The notes below the pieces were generated by a model. It did no database searches. It was not told the origin of the DNA and saw only the letters and a list, made by a program, of their open reading frames with translations. From Octopus vulgaris (lineage: Eukaryota), in assembly GCA_951406725.2 (NCBI GenBank), contig OX597836.1, positions 30,256,001 through 30,320,000 on the forward strand: a stretch of DNA of 64,000 bases. Direction: 5' to 3'. Of this stretch, positions 25,016 to 39,035 are shown piece after piece. A program made the translations under genes and the position numbers. The first letter of the stretch is position 1. Every line of letters starts with the position of its first letter.

Positions 25016-25248
25016 AAGGCAGCGACCTGGCAGAATCGTTAGTACGCCGGGCGAAATGCTTACCGGTATTTCGTCTGCTGCTACATTCTGAGTCAAATTC
25101 TGCCGAGGTCGACTTTGCCTTTCATCCTTTTGGGGTCGATAAATTAAGTACCAGTTACGCACTGGGGTTGATATAATCGACTTAATCCGTTTGTCTGTCC
25201 TTGTTTGTCCCCTCTGTGTTTAGCCCCTTGTGGGTAGTAAAGAAATAC
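25016..25248 (+). mobile_element. SINE family S1 with TSD GTATCCTGCACTA
   Basis: Full-length; TSD at 25002-25014 and 25249-25261. Confidence 0.92.
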
Positions 25249-26456
25249 GTATCCTGCACTAGTATTAATTTTACCTTCTGTTTTGCATGTTTCAGTCATT
25301 TGACTGCTGCCATAATGGGGGCAACTGCCTTGAAGGGTTTTACACAAACAAATCAACCTCAGCACTTATTTTGTGAAGTCCAGTAAGTATTTTTTTGTCA
25401 GATCACTAAGTTACAGACATGTAAGCAAACCAACATCAACTGTCAGGTGGTGGGAGAGAGAGACGTGGGCTTCCATGCAGTTTCTGTTCACCAAATCCAC
25501 TCACAAGTTATTGGTTGGTCTGGAGCTATGGCAGTGGACACATGTCCACAATGCCAAGCAATGGAACTGAACCAATGGAACTGACAATTCTTCCAGTTTT
25601 CAGGCTTTGAGCTCAAACTCTGCCTTTCATCCCTCCAAAGTCGATATGATAATATACCTGTCATGTATTGGGTGAAATTTAATCTACTAATCCTCTCCCT
25701 CAATTTTCAGGAAATATTCCTCATAGCAGACTATTGAAATACAATGAAAAATTTAAGAAAGTGAGGGATGCGTCTTTGTAAGGAAGAATATTAAAAAAAT
25801 GCATTTGAATAAAGTAATGCAGAGTTACTATGCTTCTCATTCAACAAATTGGCCGACAATATACCACTGGGTATCCAGCTAGAATATCAATATGTGTGTG
25901 TGTGTGTGTGCATGAACCAATGAGACCCTCCTTGGCTCATGACATTATGGTGTGATTTGAATGCGATTTGGGTAAGTATTTCTAGCAAATTGCACTAACA
26001 CATAGGTGTCCCTTGTTAATACATAGACACACACACACATACATACACACACAAGAAAGCAGAGTGTAAGTTAAAGGACATTTGGCTACTATCATTGAAA
26101 AGTCATACACACACACAAATAAAATATATTCTGATTTTACTGAAAGGAAATCTGGTCATATTGTCAAAGAGAGGTGGAGAGAGAGAGAGAGAGAGAGAAT
26201 GCTATTGCATGGTAGCATGTCTATGGACTCTGAAAAGGAGGAGAGCAAAGGATTAAGATCAATAGGCATGTCTTTGTCATGTCATGCATTATAATATCAA
26301 TTATAGCATATAGTGTATGTCAACAGTATCATTACCTGATGGGATAGCTTAAACAGTTAGATAGAAAAAGGAAGGGGGGTGAAGAGAAAGATAAAAGCAC
26401 AAAGGTGGGAGGGAAAGAAAGAAAAAAAGAAAGGAAAATAGAAGACAAGGAAAGAA

Positions 26457-26511
26457 GATAGACAGACAGATAGATAGACAGATAGGTAGGTAGGTAGGTA
26501 GACAGATAGAC

Positions 26512-26569
<58 letters not shown>

Positions 26570-26685
26570 GTAGACAGACAGATAGATAGGCATAGATAGA
26601 TAGATAGATAGATAGACAGATAGATAGATAGGTAGATAGATAGGTAGGTAGATAGGTAGGTAGGTAGGTAGGTAGGTAGGTAGAA
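26457..26685. repeat. (GATA)n/(GGTA)n tetranucleotide microsatellite
   Basis: Direct read. Confidence 0.95.
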
Positions 26686-27442
26686 AGACATATCTTAAAA
26701 GAGAAAGAATGGTGCATCTAGGACATTTCTGAGATATTAAGAAAGGAAGAAATACTCGAAGACATTAAAACATGAGCAGAAGACTTATCTTCATGTGCAC
26801 GCGTGTGTATATGTGTGTATGCACGCACACACTTGTATAGATAATTTAAAATCAAAGGTAAACTGTATGTATGTATGAATGTATGTATGAGTGTGTGTCG
26901 GTCAGTGTGTATGTATGTATACATACATACACATTCACACAGCTACAAGTATTATGACATGTCATTCTAATGTTTAAAACCACAAACATTATGTAAATTT
27001 CCATTTCAAATTTTTTGTATAAACTGGCATTACAAGCAGAGATGGTACAATTGTAATGAATCATTAAAGATGTGTTGAAGGATTTCTTTGTCTTCTTATT
27101 GTTAGGATTATACACACATACACGTACTTATAAATATATGCATACATTTATGTCAAATTATAATAAAAATTAATTTACATTCAACTGAAGGAGTGCTCAA
27201 TACTTTTTTGTATAGAGTACATATTATACATTTAAATGAAGTGAGGTAACAGTGACTATGGAATTTAAGCCAACTAGTCCTCTTCAGACACCATGTGTGT
27301 GTATATGCACATACATTCTCTTTTTACTCACGCACACACACACATCATAAATACGCACCCCCCCACACACACACATGAATATGTGTGCGTGTGTGTGTGT
27401 AAGTGTCTGTGTACATATATCATCATCATCATCATTAATACA

Positions 27443-27502
<60 letters not shown>

Positions 27503-27829
27503 CATGTGTTTGTATAAGGTTTACAAGAACAAAGAGAAAACAAATTGATATTTCAGATACTTCATTATGTACATAACAATAATCAATAATTTAATTGATT
27601 ATCATGTTATTGGATAACCATTTCAAAATGGATACAGGAGTTTAAAGAATCCAAAACACAAACCCTAATTTTCAATGGTAACTTGTTGTACATTCAGCAC
27701 ATGAATAAATAAATAAATATATACACACACACACACACACACTAGCATCATCAGAATATATACTACAGATTTATATATCATCAATGTGTAATACACACAC
27801 AATCGCACATTTTAACATAGGAATATATA

Positions 27830-27835
27830 CTATAT

Positions 27836-27868
<33 letters not shown>

Positions 27869-28153
27869 CATATACAAATATATATACATATATATATACA
27901 TATACAAATATATATACATATATATATACATATACAAATATATATACATATATATATACACATATATATATACATACATATATATACATATATACACATA
28001 TACACATATATACACATATATACACATATATACATATGTATATATATATATCTATCTATATATATATACACACACACATATATATATACACACACACACA
28101 CATATATATATACACACACACACATATATATACACACACACACATATATATAT

Positions 28154-28184
<31 letters not shown>

Positions 28185-28325
28185 CACACACATATACACA
28201 CACACATATATATACACACACATATATATACACACACACATATATACACACACATATATATATATATATCATCACTGTGTAATATATACAAACACACATA
28301 CATACATACATACATATATACACTG
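27830..28325. repeat. (TA)n/(CA)n compound repeat with a 30-bp higher-order unit
   Basis: TATACAAATATATATACATATATATATACA three times at 27871-27960. Confidence 0.9.
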
Positions 28326-28989
28326 TAAATATTCAACTGTCTTATGGCCACATTTTACCATTCTGGTTTTTAGAACAAACACACCATATATCTTTGCTGC
28401 TGTATCACTAAGTACCATCTATAACCTGTACCAACATGGAAAAGAAGGCATTTGATGATGGTGACATCAAGGATTTCTATCAATAATGCATGCTGCCTTT
28501 GTACTTTAAATTTACAATTAATCAAGAATTAAATAATAATTAAAAATACAAATAAATAATTCAACAGCTTGCACGGAGGAATATAAATGTCAACCACTGC
28601 AGTGAAAGGTTTTCATTCACATATAAACATTGGTTATGGCATGGTGCATTCGCAGATGCTGATTCAGAAACAAAATGAATAACTTGCTTATCTCTTTTGG
28701 AACACACACACACACACACTCGCACACACACGCACACACACACAAAGTATGAGTGACATTAAAAAGAAAAGGAACAAGACTAGTGGTGGAAAATTTCCAG
28801 AACACACTTGAAGTATTTTTGCTCACTAATTCTGTATGGGTGTGTGGTTGAGTAATTTGCTTCCAAACCCTATGATTCAGGTTCAGTTCCACTAAGAAGC
28901 ACCATGGCCGAGTATCTTCTTGTGTAGCCCAGGGACAAATGAATTTGGCAGGTGGAAACTGACTAAAGCCTATCCGGTATGTGCATGTA

Positions 28990-30273
28990 TCAGGTCATCC
29001 CATTAGTTCTGTCCGATTTTACCTTTTTTTAGAATTCAATGAAATTTAATAGTAGTTTAGAATGTCTAATGGAATTAAAAATTATTTTTATGCATTCGTG
29101 TATATTTAAACTAATTAAATATTATTTAACAGAATAATAGAATTAAAATTTCTTTGATTAAAACCCTTTCTAGCATGAAGTATCCAAAGAGCATTTAAGG
29201 CATATAATGCTTTATGAGTACAGAAAAGGAAAGTCTGCAGCTGAAGCGACTTGAAACACACACTCAGTGTATAGGAAAGAATGCTTGAATGAAAGACCTT
29301 GCAGAAGATTGTTTGCAAAATTCAGAAGTGGAGATTTCAGCCTTGAAGATGAAGATCGAACAGGATGACCAGTTGAGTTTAATGATAAGCTCCTTGAGGT
29401 ATAACTTGGAGAAAATCCTGAATTATCAGTTGAAAAATTGGCAATAAAGCTTAGTTCAAACCATGCAACTGTTCATCATCATCAACAACCTGGAAAGGTT
29501 TCTAAATTTGGAAAATGGGTGCCTCATGAATTGTCTGAAAGCAACCACAAATCCTGAGTTGACATCTGCTCTTCTCTCCATTCTTGCGAACTCATTTCAC
29601 CCTTTTTGGATAGACTTTTGACTGGTGAGGAAAAATGGATCTTCTATTGAAATGTTAAATGTCGTAAACAGTGGCTTGGTAAAAGGGAAAAAGCTCAACC
29701 ACAACCGAGAAGGGAACTTCATGGGAAAAAGGTTCTTCTCTCTATCTGGTGGGATTGCAAAGGAGTAATTCACTTTGAATAGTTACCACCTAATGCAACA
29801 ATCAATGTTCATGTCTACTGTCAGTAATTAGAGCATTTGAACCACGCTTTGAAGAAAAAAAGACCCACTTTTGTGAATCGAAAAGGAGTGATGTTTCATT
29901 AGGACAATACGCAACTCCACACTGCAAAGATCACATCACAGAAGACTGAAGAGCTTGGTTGGGAAAAAATTCCTGATCCACCTTATTCTCTCGACCTCGC
30001 TCCTTCAGACTACCATTTGTTTCGCAGTTTACAGAATCATTTGGGGGACATAACTTTCACAAGGCAAGAGGAGGTCGAAACTGACATCTCAGAGTTCTCC
30101 ACTTTGAAACCAAAAGAGTTTTATATTGATGGGATTAAAAAGCTTGTAAATAGATAGAAGGAAGTCATAGATAATCAGGGAAAGTACATTGTTGATTAAA
30201 TTTCAATTAAATATAACATTCAATCACTTGTTTTCTTATTCAAAATTTGGACATAACTAATGGGATGACCTGA
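28990..30273 (+). mobile_element. Full-length decayed mariner transposon, 1284 bp (different family from 6898)
   Basis: TA|TCAGGTCATCCCATTAGTT ... AACTAATGGGATGACCTGA|TA; GKWVPHEL, TGEEKWI, SIWWDCKG, PYSLDLAPSDYHLF with many stops. Confidence 0.95.
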
Positions 30274-30768
30274 TATATACATGTGTGTGTGTGTGTTGAA
30301 ATCATGTGATAGTTGTAAATGAGTGTCACTATCATACAAGCAGTGTCATTCATTTCCATATTCTGTCTGACCATGGGAAAATATTACCTTGCTTGATGGA
30401 AACAGGTAAGGGCTGGTCACTGAAAGGCATTCAGTCATAAAAGTCAACCCCAATAAACTTTGACCCATGCAAGCATGGAAAATTGAACATTAAAACAGTG
30501 ATGATGATGATGATGATGATGAAATGTGTCAATATTTCTATGCCATTTGGTATATGTTTTTTAATGTCAACTTAACACTTCTTTCATTATCACTTCAGCA
30601 AGTATATTGAAGTACGTTTTACTTATGAGATAATAATGAGTACAAAACACTTCTAGAGTTATCACCCATCCTAATCAAAGCAAAATTCAGTCTGCACTAA
30701 CTGAACTATAGAAATATAAAACTTTGTATTGTATGATAATAAAATTTGAATTTAATTTTAAATTTGGG

Positions 30769-31021
30769 TATCATATATTCTGGTGTATAAGCCAACTGGG
30801 CATATAAAATGACCCCAGAATTTTAAATGGAAGCTTGGAACTATATTCGCTGTATATGACTACCTGACAATATTTCACCCTTGATGCAGTGGCTAGGAGG
30901 TGCATGAGGCAGAGTCCAGGTTTATGACATATTTCATGCTCTGTGTTTAAGATGAGCCCTGATTTTGGAGTAATTTTTTTGAAGCTCAAATTCTGTCTGG
31001 TACACTGATGTATATACAGTA
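30769..31021. mobile_element. pogo/Tc2-like MITE, decayed
   Basis: TATCATATATTCTGGTGTATAAG ... TACACTGATGTATATACAGTA ends. Confidence 0.45.
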
Positions 31022-31264
31022 ATTTAATAGAAGCAGTTTCAGTACTAACATGGTGGCTGGAGACCATTCTTGAAACCGGTTGCTACAACTGTTGTTTAAC
31101 ACCAGGTCTACTCTCATGAAGCATATCTATGACCAAACACATTTTCACTATGATTAATTGTCCTTTTGGATATTTTAGTTACATTGTCTGATGATCTTCC
31201 ATGTTTTAAGATGGTAGATCATAATCTGAGAGGGATTTAGCAACTATTCCAAGCATCACTTCCT

Positions 31265-31585
31265 TGGCACTCCATTAGTTACATTGACAAGGGTTCCAGT
31301 TGATTTGATCAACAGAATAGCCTGTTTGTGAAATTAACTTGCAAACGGCTAAGCACTCCACAGACACACGCACACTTAATCTCAACTTAATCTCATCACA
31401 CCGAATCTGAAGGAGATTCAGTGTGACACAGAAGTGATAAGGCTGGCCTTTCGAATCACAGATAATATTCATTTTTGCCAGATGAGTGGACTGGAACAAC
31501 ATGAAATAAAGTCTCTTGCTCAAGGACACAACAAGCCACCAGAAATTGAACCCATGACCTTACAATCCTGAGTCACATGCCCTCA
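31265..31585 (-). mobile_element. tRNA-derived SINE family S3
   Basis: Shares GAGTGGACTGGA..ATGAAATAAA..CTTGCTCAAGGACACAAC with 48555-48880 and 52450-53162. Confidence 0.85.
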
Positions 31586-32724
31586 TCTAAGAATCAAATG
31601 ACAGTGTAAAGGACTCTTCATTAGGTGCTTGACATTCAAGGAAACGGTTGTCTCTAAGTGATTAAGTTTATATTAAAAGCATTTCAGCTAGAACAATCCT
31701 GTCTTCTGTAAGGCTCATGAAAGATGAAAGCTACATAATCTAATGTAGTATCAATTTCTTTCTTAAAACAATTGAATGTTATATGAGGGTGGTTTGGTTG
31801 CTATTTTTAACAGTTTGAGTAACCACCTAGAGGCTCTCTAAATTGTTCGTTATTTCTGGAAGGTTGGCTGTTTGCTAATTCTATTCTTTAAGCAGTTAGA
31901 CATTTCATTACAAACACAATTCCACTGTTTAAGCTTGGCAAATATGTGGTACATTCAACATATAATACATGCATTCAGTGCATTTAAAATTATATTTTTC
32001 CTGATACATGCACACATGTAGCTAGAAAATTATTTCTCTTATTATATACATTTACCTGTCTTTTAAGCTGTAGAAGTATTTTTTTTTTAAATAAAAAAAA
32101 TGGGGGTTGGGGAGGGCAGCAAGAAATGTAAAGAAAAATATGAACTAAGAATATTAACATTTTATAAACAAAAAAAAAGTTTTGAAAAATAAAAAAAAAT
32201 AAAAAATTTGCATCTGATATTTTCTTCATGGTTTATTTTATACATTTATTTTTTTCGATATTCTATTTCAGGAATGTTTGCTACTAAATGATAAAGTCTT
32301 CATTATGGATTCAAATTCAAAAATCTTTTTCGACAAAACACAAAAATTCAATTTTATGTAAAACATAAATGAAGCTCTTCAAATAAAAAACAAAAAAAAA
32401 AACAAAGAAAAAAAGAAAAGAAAAGGGGTTGGATAAAAAATACAAATAAAAATAATAACAAAATGTAAATCCATTTCCTTCCCCCCACCTCACCACCCAC
32501 ACTTCACCTTATAAAAATTTGTTATCAGAAAGAAATCATGCAGTTTTGAGTTGCAGATATAAATACAGAAAAATACAGTGTACTCTGCTTTTTGTGACTT
32601 TAACATATACATACGTATGTATGTGTGAGTATATACATATGTGTTTGTGAATCTGTGCAGTGTACATACGCACACACATGTATGAGTGCAAGTGTGTGTG
32701 CACGAGTGTATGTGTATGTGTGTG

Positions 32725-32758
<34 letters not shown>

Positions 32759-33234
32759 AAAACATATACACACACAGCCACAACCACACATGCAGAGTTG
32801 ATGTTCAATATTTGCATGAAATCCAGTAAATGTCAGTCAAAGTATTTACTTGACTGAGATAGCAAAAGATAATAATAATAATGATAATAATTTTGTTCTT
32901 TTTATGAAAGATAACATTTTAAAAGTTACTAAAAAAAAAGAAGCTAAAACTGGATATTTAATCAAATTCTTAAAAGATCATCTTAGTCTGAATATTTTAG
33001 TTTCAATTAAATGGAAAATATTAAAATCCCAAAGTATTCCTCACCCTCATTCCTTTGAATAATTAAATATTCTATCCTATGGCAATTTCTTTTTTATATT
33101 CAATATTTTCTTTTTTTATTCAAACCTCCCACCCCACCCCTGCCATTTTGCTCAAGGTTACTACTACCTCAAGTAACTCACCTTTCAACAGGTAAGCGAT
33201 CAGATAGAATCTGCTAGAAAAGTAGCAATGAAAC

Positions 33235-33385
33235 TACATTCATCCATCTTCTTTGCCCACTGTTCCGAAGAGAATCATCAGAGTAGAATCTTCAGACATC
33301 TTCTCCATAGGGTCTTACCAGAAGTAAATGTCATTTCACTTCCTAGCTGGATTTCTAAACTGAGTCTATGTTTATTACACAACCA
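33235..33385 (-). mobile_element. RTE-clade LINE 3' end
   Basis: Reverse complement GACCCTATGGAGAAG...GAAGATGGATG matches 45580-45655 and 53360-53440. Confidence 0.65.
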
Positions 33386-33434
33386 TCTTAATCCTGGTCT
33401 ACACCTAGGTTACCTGGCAGTTGGCATGCTAGTC

Positions 33435-33842
33435 ATCATCATCATCATCATCATCATCATCGTCGTTTAACGTCTGCTTTCCATGTTAGCATGGGTTGGA
33501 CGATTTGACTGAGGTCTGGCGAACCAGATGGCTGCACCAGACTCCAATCTGATCTGGCAGAGTTTCTATAGCTTGACGCTCTTCCTAATGCCAACCACTC
33601 CAAGAGTATAGTGGGTGCTTTTACGTGCCACCGGCATGAGGGCCAGTTAGGTGGTACTGGCAACAGCCACGCTCAAATGGTGTTTTTTATGTGCCAGAGG
33701 CACTGGCAACGGCCCCACTTGAATGCTTTTTTTTTTCAAGTGTCACCAGCACAAGTGCTAGTAAGGCAATGCAGGTAACGATCATGCTCGAATGGTGTTT
33801 TTAACGTGCCATCGGCACAGAGGTCAGCTTGTTGCTCTGGCA
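33435..33842 (-). mobile_element. RTE-tail element with (ATG)n tail and internal tandem subrepeats (family S4b)
   Basis: (CAT)n-CGTTTAACGTCTGCTTTCCATGTTAGCATGGGTTGGACG...; same family as 38596-39035, 39930-40141, 62930-63288. Confidence 0.85.
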
Positions 33843-35564
33843 ATATATATATAGTTGTCATATCTTTTCCGTACCTGCCATCTCTGAAGAGCACATAGTG
33901 TTTGTTAGTTAACTGGTCTGCAATATAATATCTGGTTATCTAAACCCCAGTATGAAACCAATTGAAATGGAACTATATTACTGCATATTTTGACAGACAC
34001 TTTATTCACTAATGGCCATCTATACTTTTGCAAGTATTGATAAATTTAAATTAGTCTTGCTTCAAGCTATCATTTATATTTACTTCCAACTTGTTCTCCA
34101 TATTATTCATATTATCTATTTAATGATTAAAACCTGTTTTCTGTTACAGCATAACATTTAGATGAGTGGGGCTACTGTTCATTTGTAAAAGAGTAAAGTA
34201 TTGAAAAATGGGGAAAGAGACTAGATATTATGAGTTGTAAATCAGTGGAGAATCAAAGACAAACTGAGACAGATTTTCTTCTGTATATAAGACAACCAGG
34301 AAAGGCATAGAGCAGTGTCCACAACAGTTCAGGCTTCATTCAAATGGATGTAAGGTTGATGTGAATGCTGTTCAACTGCATCATTTGTAGGTAAATGCTT
34401 GCAAGAGAAACATAAGCATGGGAGGGACCAGGGTCTGGCTCAAATGCTCCCAACAGAGTGGACCTTGTTAAAACACCCATGGACCAATCACTGTTGCTTC
34501 ACTCCTAAATCAGATGATTGAGTGGACTGATGATCAAAGATTCCATTTGTGGCCATCAAACTTTTTTCTAAATTGCAGAGATCCGCATGATGAAGAATTT
34601 AGTTAATTAACTTCACGTAAAAAGCACAAACTACACTCTCGGCGTGGTTGGCATTAGGAAGGGCATCCAGCTGTAGAAATACTGCAAGATCAGATTGGAG
34701 CCTGGTGCATACAGGTATTTTTATTGTCTCTAATGTAATATGATGGTTTATTGTTACTTCAGCTTAAAACACACAAGCCCACAATCAAAAGTTTTCCAAA
34801 TATGACCAATCCAGTTTATTGTCAGACAATCAAGATACTAATTAAGGTGTCCTTCATTTTTTAAGACAGTAAAAGGGGTGAATTCAGAAAGAGATTTTGC
34901 TGCTATTTTAAGCAGACAGAACAACCAAGTACATACTTCCACATTGGCTTAAATTCATTGTATAGTTAGACAATGTGTTCAAGAGCACATTATTTGATGT
35001 GTCCTTTCATGTTTAAGATGGTATGGTGTGACTTGAGAATTTGGTTGCTATTTCTAGCAGGCTGAACGACTACATAGAGGCTTGCTTCCAAATTGGCTTG
35101 AGTACATTATATAGTTGGATAATACATTCATGAGTATATTACTGATGTGTCCGTCAATTTTTAAGCAGAGATGTGGTTTGAATGGAATTTGGCTGTCATT
35201 TCTAGCAGGCTGAACAACCACATAGAGGCTTACTTCCTTATTCATTTGAATGCATTATATAATTAAAATTAATATTGTTGAATGTTGTATAATATAGCGG
35301 TTAATGAAAGCAAACACACACATACACACAAACATGCAGATGCATGCATGTATACACACCCACACACATCGAATACTAGTTTGTTAGTGCAATTGTACAT
35401 TCATTGCATCAAATATTTCTATTTATTTAGGTCTGCTCAGGCATATCAAATTATTTGTAACAGACAATAGAATGGAAGAAAGAAAAAAAGAAAAGAAAAA
35501 AGACTAACAATTTAATTAAGAGTTCAACAAGAAGTCAAAAATGAATTCTTTAAAAAAATGCAGA

Positions 35565-35610
35565 AATAATACTAATACTACTACTAATAATAATAATGAT
35601 AATAGTAATG

Positions 35611-35664
<54 letters not shown>

Positions 35665-35859
35665 TTAATAATAATAATGATAATATTAATAATAATAAAA
35701 ATAATAATAATGAAAAAAGAAAACTGAAATCAATGTGTGAAAACATTATTCTTTTATTTAATTAAAAGTTCTTACATTTTAATTAGATTTATACAAGCAA
35801 TATTGAACATGTTAACCACAACCAAAGCTCACTTTGTAACATTTTATTCTGTAATTTTG

Positions 35860-35900
<41 letters not shown>
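35565..35900. repeat. (AAT)n microsatellites
   Basis: Two tracts; source of the poly-N and poly-L ORFs. Confidence 0.95.
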
Positions 35901-35901
<1 letters not shown>

Positions 35902-36330
35902 TAAAGAGAATAAAACACATACATATTGTGTGTTTATTGTAATTTTAAAATTATCCAAACATTTCTTTTATTGTTTGAAATTTATCTGTTTATCTTTAAT
36001 TTCTAAACCTTTTCTTTCTTTGGGGGTGGGGGTTGGGAATAAAAGAAATCAATGGATTGATTAAAATTCGTTTTTTCTCTTCTTTATTATACAAGTGTTA
36101 AGTTAGAGACAATGGACCGAGTGTCCATGATTTTATTCTAACCATCACAAAACAAAATGCCAAATCATCCACAAAAGAGTCTTGACTGATATCTATAATG
36201 TTAATAATTTCAAGCCAATGAAGAACCATGGAATACAGAGTGAGAGCCTTACCCTCTCATCCACAGGTGAAATTTATATTCATTCAAATTTAAGCTCATT
36301 TGACAGCAGAAATCTCTAAAAACACACATA

Positions 36331-36880
36331 CATGAAGTGTGATCAATAAGTATCCGGACTGTTGCCATAGTAACGAAACTAAAGCAAGCAGAGTAAAAGC
36401 TGCAGGGCAAAGATTGACCTTGAACTCTGCTGTACATGCGCTCTAAGTTTTAAAGTTCTAGCTCACTTCTGCTGTTTATAGCAGTGCTTGGAAGGAAGGG
36501 GTGTAGCATGTAATCATTGCATTGACCATGACAGAGAAAGTTGTCATGGCAATACCTGCTCAGAGGTTTGTGCAAAGTTGGAGATACAATGGGAATACAG
36601 GTTCCCATGTGGTCCCTGGTCACAGGTATACGAACTTTGAGATGGTGCAATCAACAGCAGCTCATCTTGCAGTCGACTGTCACGGTGGATTCACTGACCA
36701 AGTCACTGCTGATTATCAAAACGGACATAACCTCCTTGGCATACCTCCAGAGAGAATCAGAAAGCGCTGCTGGAGAATTTCTATGATTTCGCCAGCCCCT
36801 CCAAATTCCCCCAATTGTAATGTCATGAATTACTACGTGGTGGGAATGGGGCTGAAAAAGACACTCACTTGCCGTTCAAG
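36331..36880 (+). mobile_element. Juxtaposed mariner 5' fragment and DD37D-type 3' fragment
   Basis: GTGTGATCAATAAGTATCCGGACT TIR-like start and MTEKV; later PPNSPNCNVMNYYV resembles WPPNSPDCIPLDYYVW at about 9430. Confidence 0.5.
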
Positions 36881-38595
36881 AATTTGGATATGAAGATCTC
36901 CATTTCCAGTGACTTCGAGGGCCACCTCCCAGTGGTGTCGGGTGTCAACGAAGAGCCCTCGACTACAAGACGACAACCAAGTTTCTTTCCCCCGCACCAA
37001 GGTCTGGGGTCTTCCACCCCTAAGCCCTAGACCATCACCTAATCACTCTTACCCGTCTTGTTGCTTAACAACAACAACAACACATTTGCTTGATCTGCTA
37101 AAGCAGCCAAGTTTCTTTCACAACATACCCTATCCCAATCATGGGCAAACTATGGCCTACAGAACTTTCTGAATGGCACACCTAACAAAGAATTACCTTG
37201 AATTTACTTTAGTAGTGTGACCCACCTGCTGATGAGTTATGCCCCACGCAACCTACTTCTCAAAAAAGTTTTCCCATATCTGCCCTACCATCTTAGAAAA
37301 GAAAGACAAGAATAAGTTCATCATGGGTTCATTATATCTAGGAAAAAAATAGGATGGTCATAACTACAGTGCTTTCAATCATATCAGCTTGATTGAGACT
37401 GACCTGGGGTTGAATAAACAAAAAATTAATGCATTTTGTCAAAACTCAGTTCTGAACTACAGAGGATTTTGCCACTGCACTCTCACCAGTAATTATATTA
37501 CCTGCATTTCAAGTTAATGAGGATACTTCTAAGTGGTTGCTCAGCTTGCTGAAATAGCAGCCAGATTTCCTTCAACTCATATTCAACCAGCCAAATTACA
37601 CAAAGGACATGTATAGACCCACCACTGAAGACAATCCATGACAATCTAATATGTTGTTTTGTAAATCAAAAAGTGTCGTGGTTAGAAGCCCTTTCATCAG
37701 ACGTCTTTTTGATCAGAACTAACCTGGAGCTAAATGACAGCAACAACACTTACAGTTTTTCTCAACACAGTTACCAATGCACTCTCACTTGAATAATTAC
37801 TTTTTAGCTTCCTGTAATTTCTTCTCATTAGTGCACCAACACTTACCTGTACAGAGATAAGTTAATGCTGTCGGTTGCTAGAGATAATATATAATCTTGT
37901 TAGCTAAATGTAGTCGGCAGTAAATAGCTAGTACAATTACAACACTTTTTTCTCCTTCACAGTGTTCAGACTTATATACTGATGTATAGGTTTACTGCTG
38001 AGAGTTTTTCACATCTTTATTCTGTACACTTTAAGAAATGGTAAAAGTGGCTGGTCAGCATTTTTCAACTGTTGGCCCTGCTCCTCAGAACTTGCTCGAT
38101 TGTGCCAATTCCACTTAAGTAACCTCCAACTCATTCATTTTATATCACCCATTCTCAACTCAAGCCCCACAATAACCACTTTTCCTGTCCCAAGGACATA
38201 GCCACACTTTTTCACAGCAAAATTAAATTTTATGGTTATTCCATGTAATGATATCAATTATCTGCCAAAAATCAGAATTGGTATTTTCTGCAAGTCTTAC
38301 TGCCTCAATAAATTTGACATATCGCCACCAAAAAATAGTCTCAATCAAGACATTCAGCAACAAAAAATAGATTGGTTGTATACAACTAGTTTTCACAGTT
38401 AAGTGTAATGAAATTTTGAAGGGATATGTCTGATTTCTTAAACGAAACATCTTAATTCTGCTCAGACAGAGCAGACTTGGAGCAGTGACAAGAGGAAGAA
38501 TCTGAACTCAGAAAGCGCAAAGCAGAAACATTACAGTAAGGTATCTTACCTGATACACTAACATTCCACTAATTCACTGCCCTGGACTAGTACTT

Positions 38596-39035
38596 TAGAG
38601 TGACTCGCTGTTCTTGAGGATTCGAAGACCCGACAAATGAAGTGAGTTCATGCTCGCAGGACAGCCTGCTGTGCTAACCTTGGATCGTAGAGTGACCCGC
38701 TGTTCTTGAGGAGACCTGTTGAGTCAAGTTCGCTGTACTGATGAAACGTAAAAGCACCGTTCAAGCGTCGCCTGACTGGCGTCCGTGTCACATAAAAGCA
38801 CCAACTGATCGTGGCCGTTTGCCAGCCTGCTCTGGCTCCTGTGCTGGCAGCACGTAAAAAACACCCACTACACTCACGGAGTGGTTGACGTTAGGAAGGG
38901 CATCCAGCTGTAGAAACACTGTCAAATCAGACTGGAGCCTGGTGCAGCCTCCATGGCTTACCAGACCCCGGTTGAACCGTCCAACCCATGATAGCATGGA
39001 AAACGGATGTTAAATGATGATGATGATGATGAAAT
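38596..39035 (+). mobile_element. Family S4b RTE-tail element
   Basis: GTTAGGAAGGGCATCCAGCTGTAGAAAC...CCAACCCATGATAGCATGGAAAA..(ATG)n; 24-bp direct repeat TAGAGTGAC.CGCTGTTCTTGAGGA at the 5' side. Confidence 0.85.

Noticed and set aside
27771-28455. Long ORFs up to 223 aa
   Set aside because: Translations of (TA)n/(CA)n microsatellite
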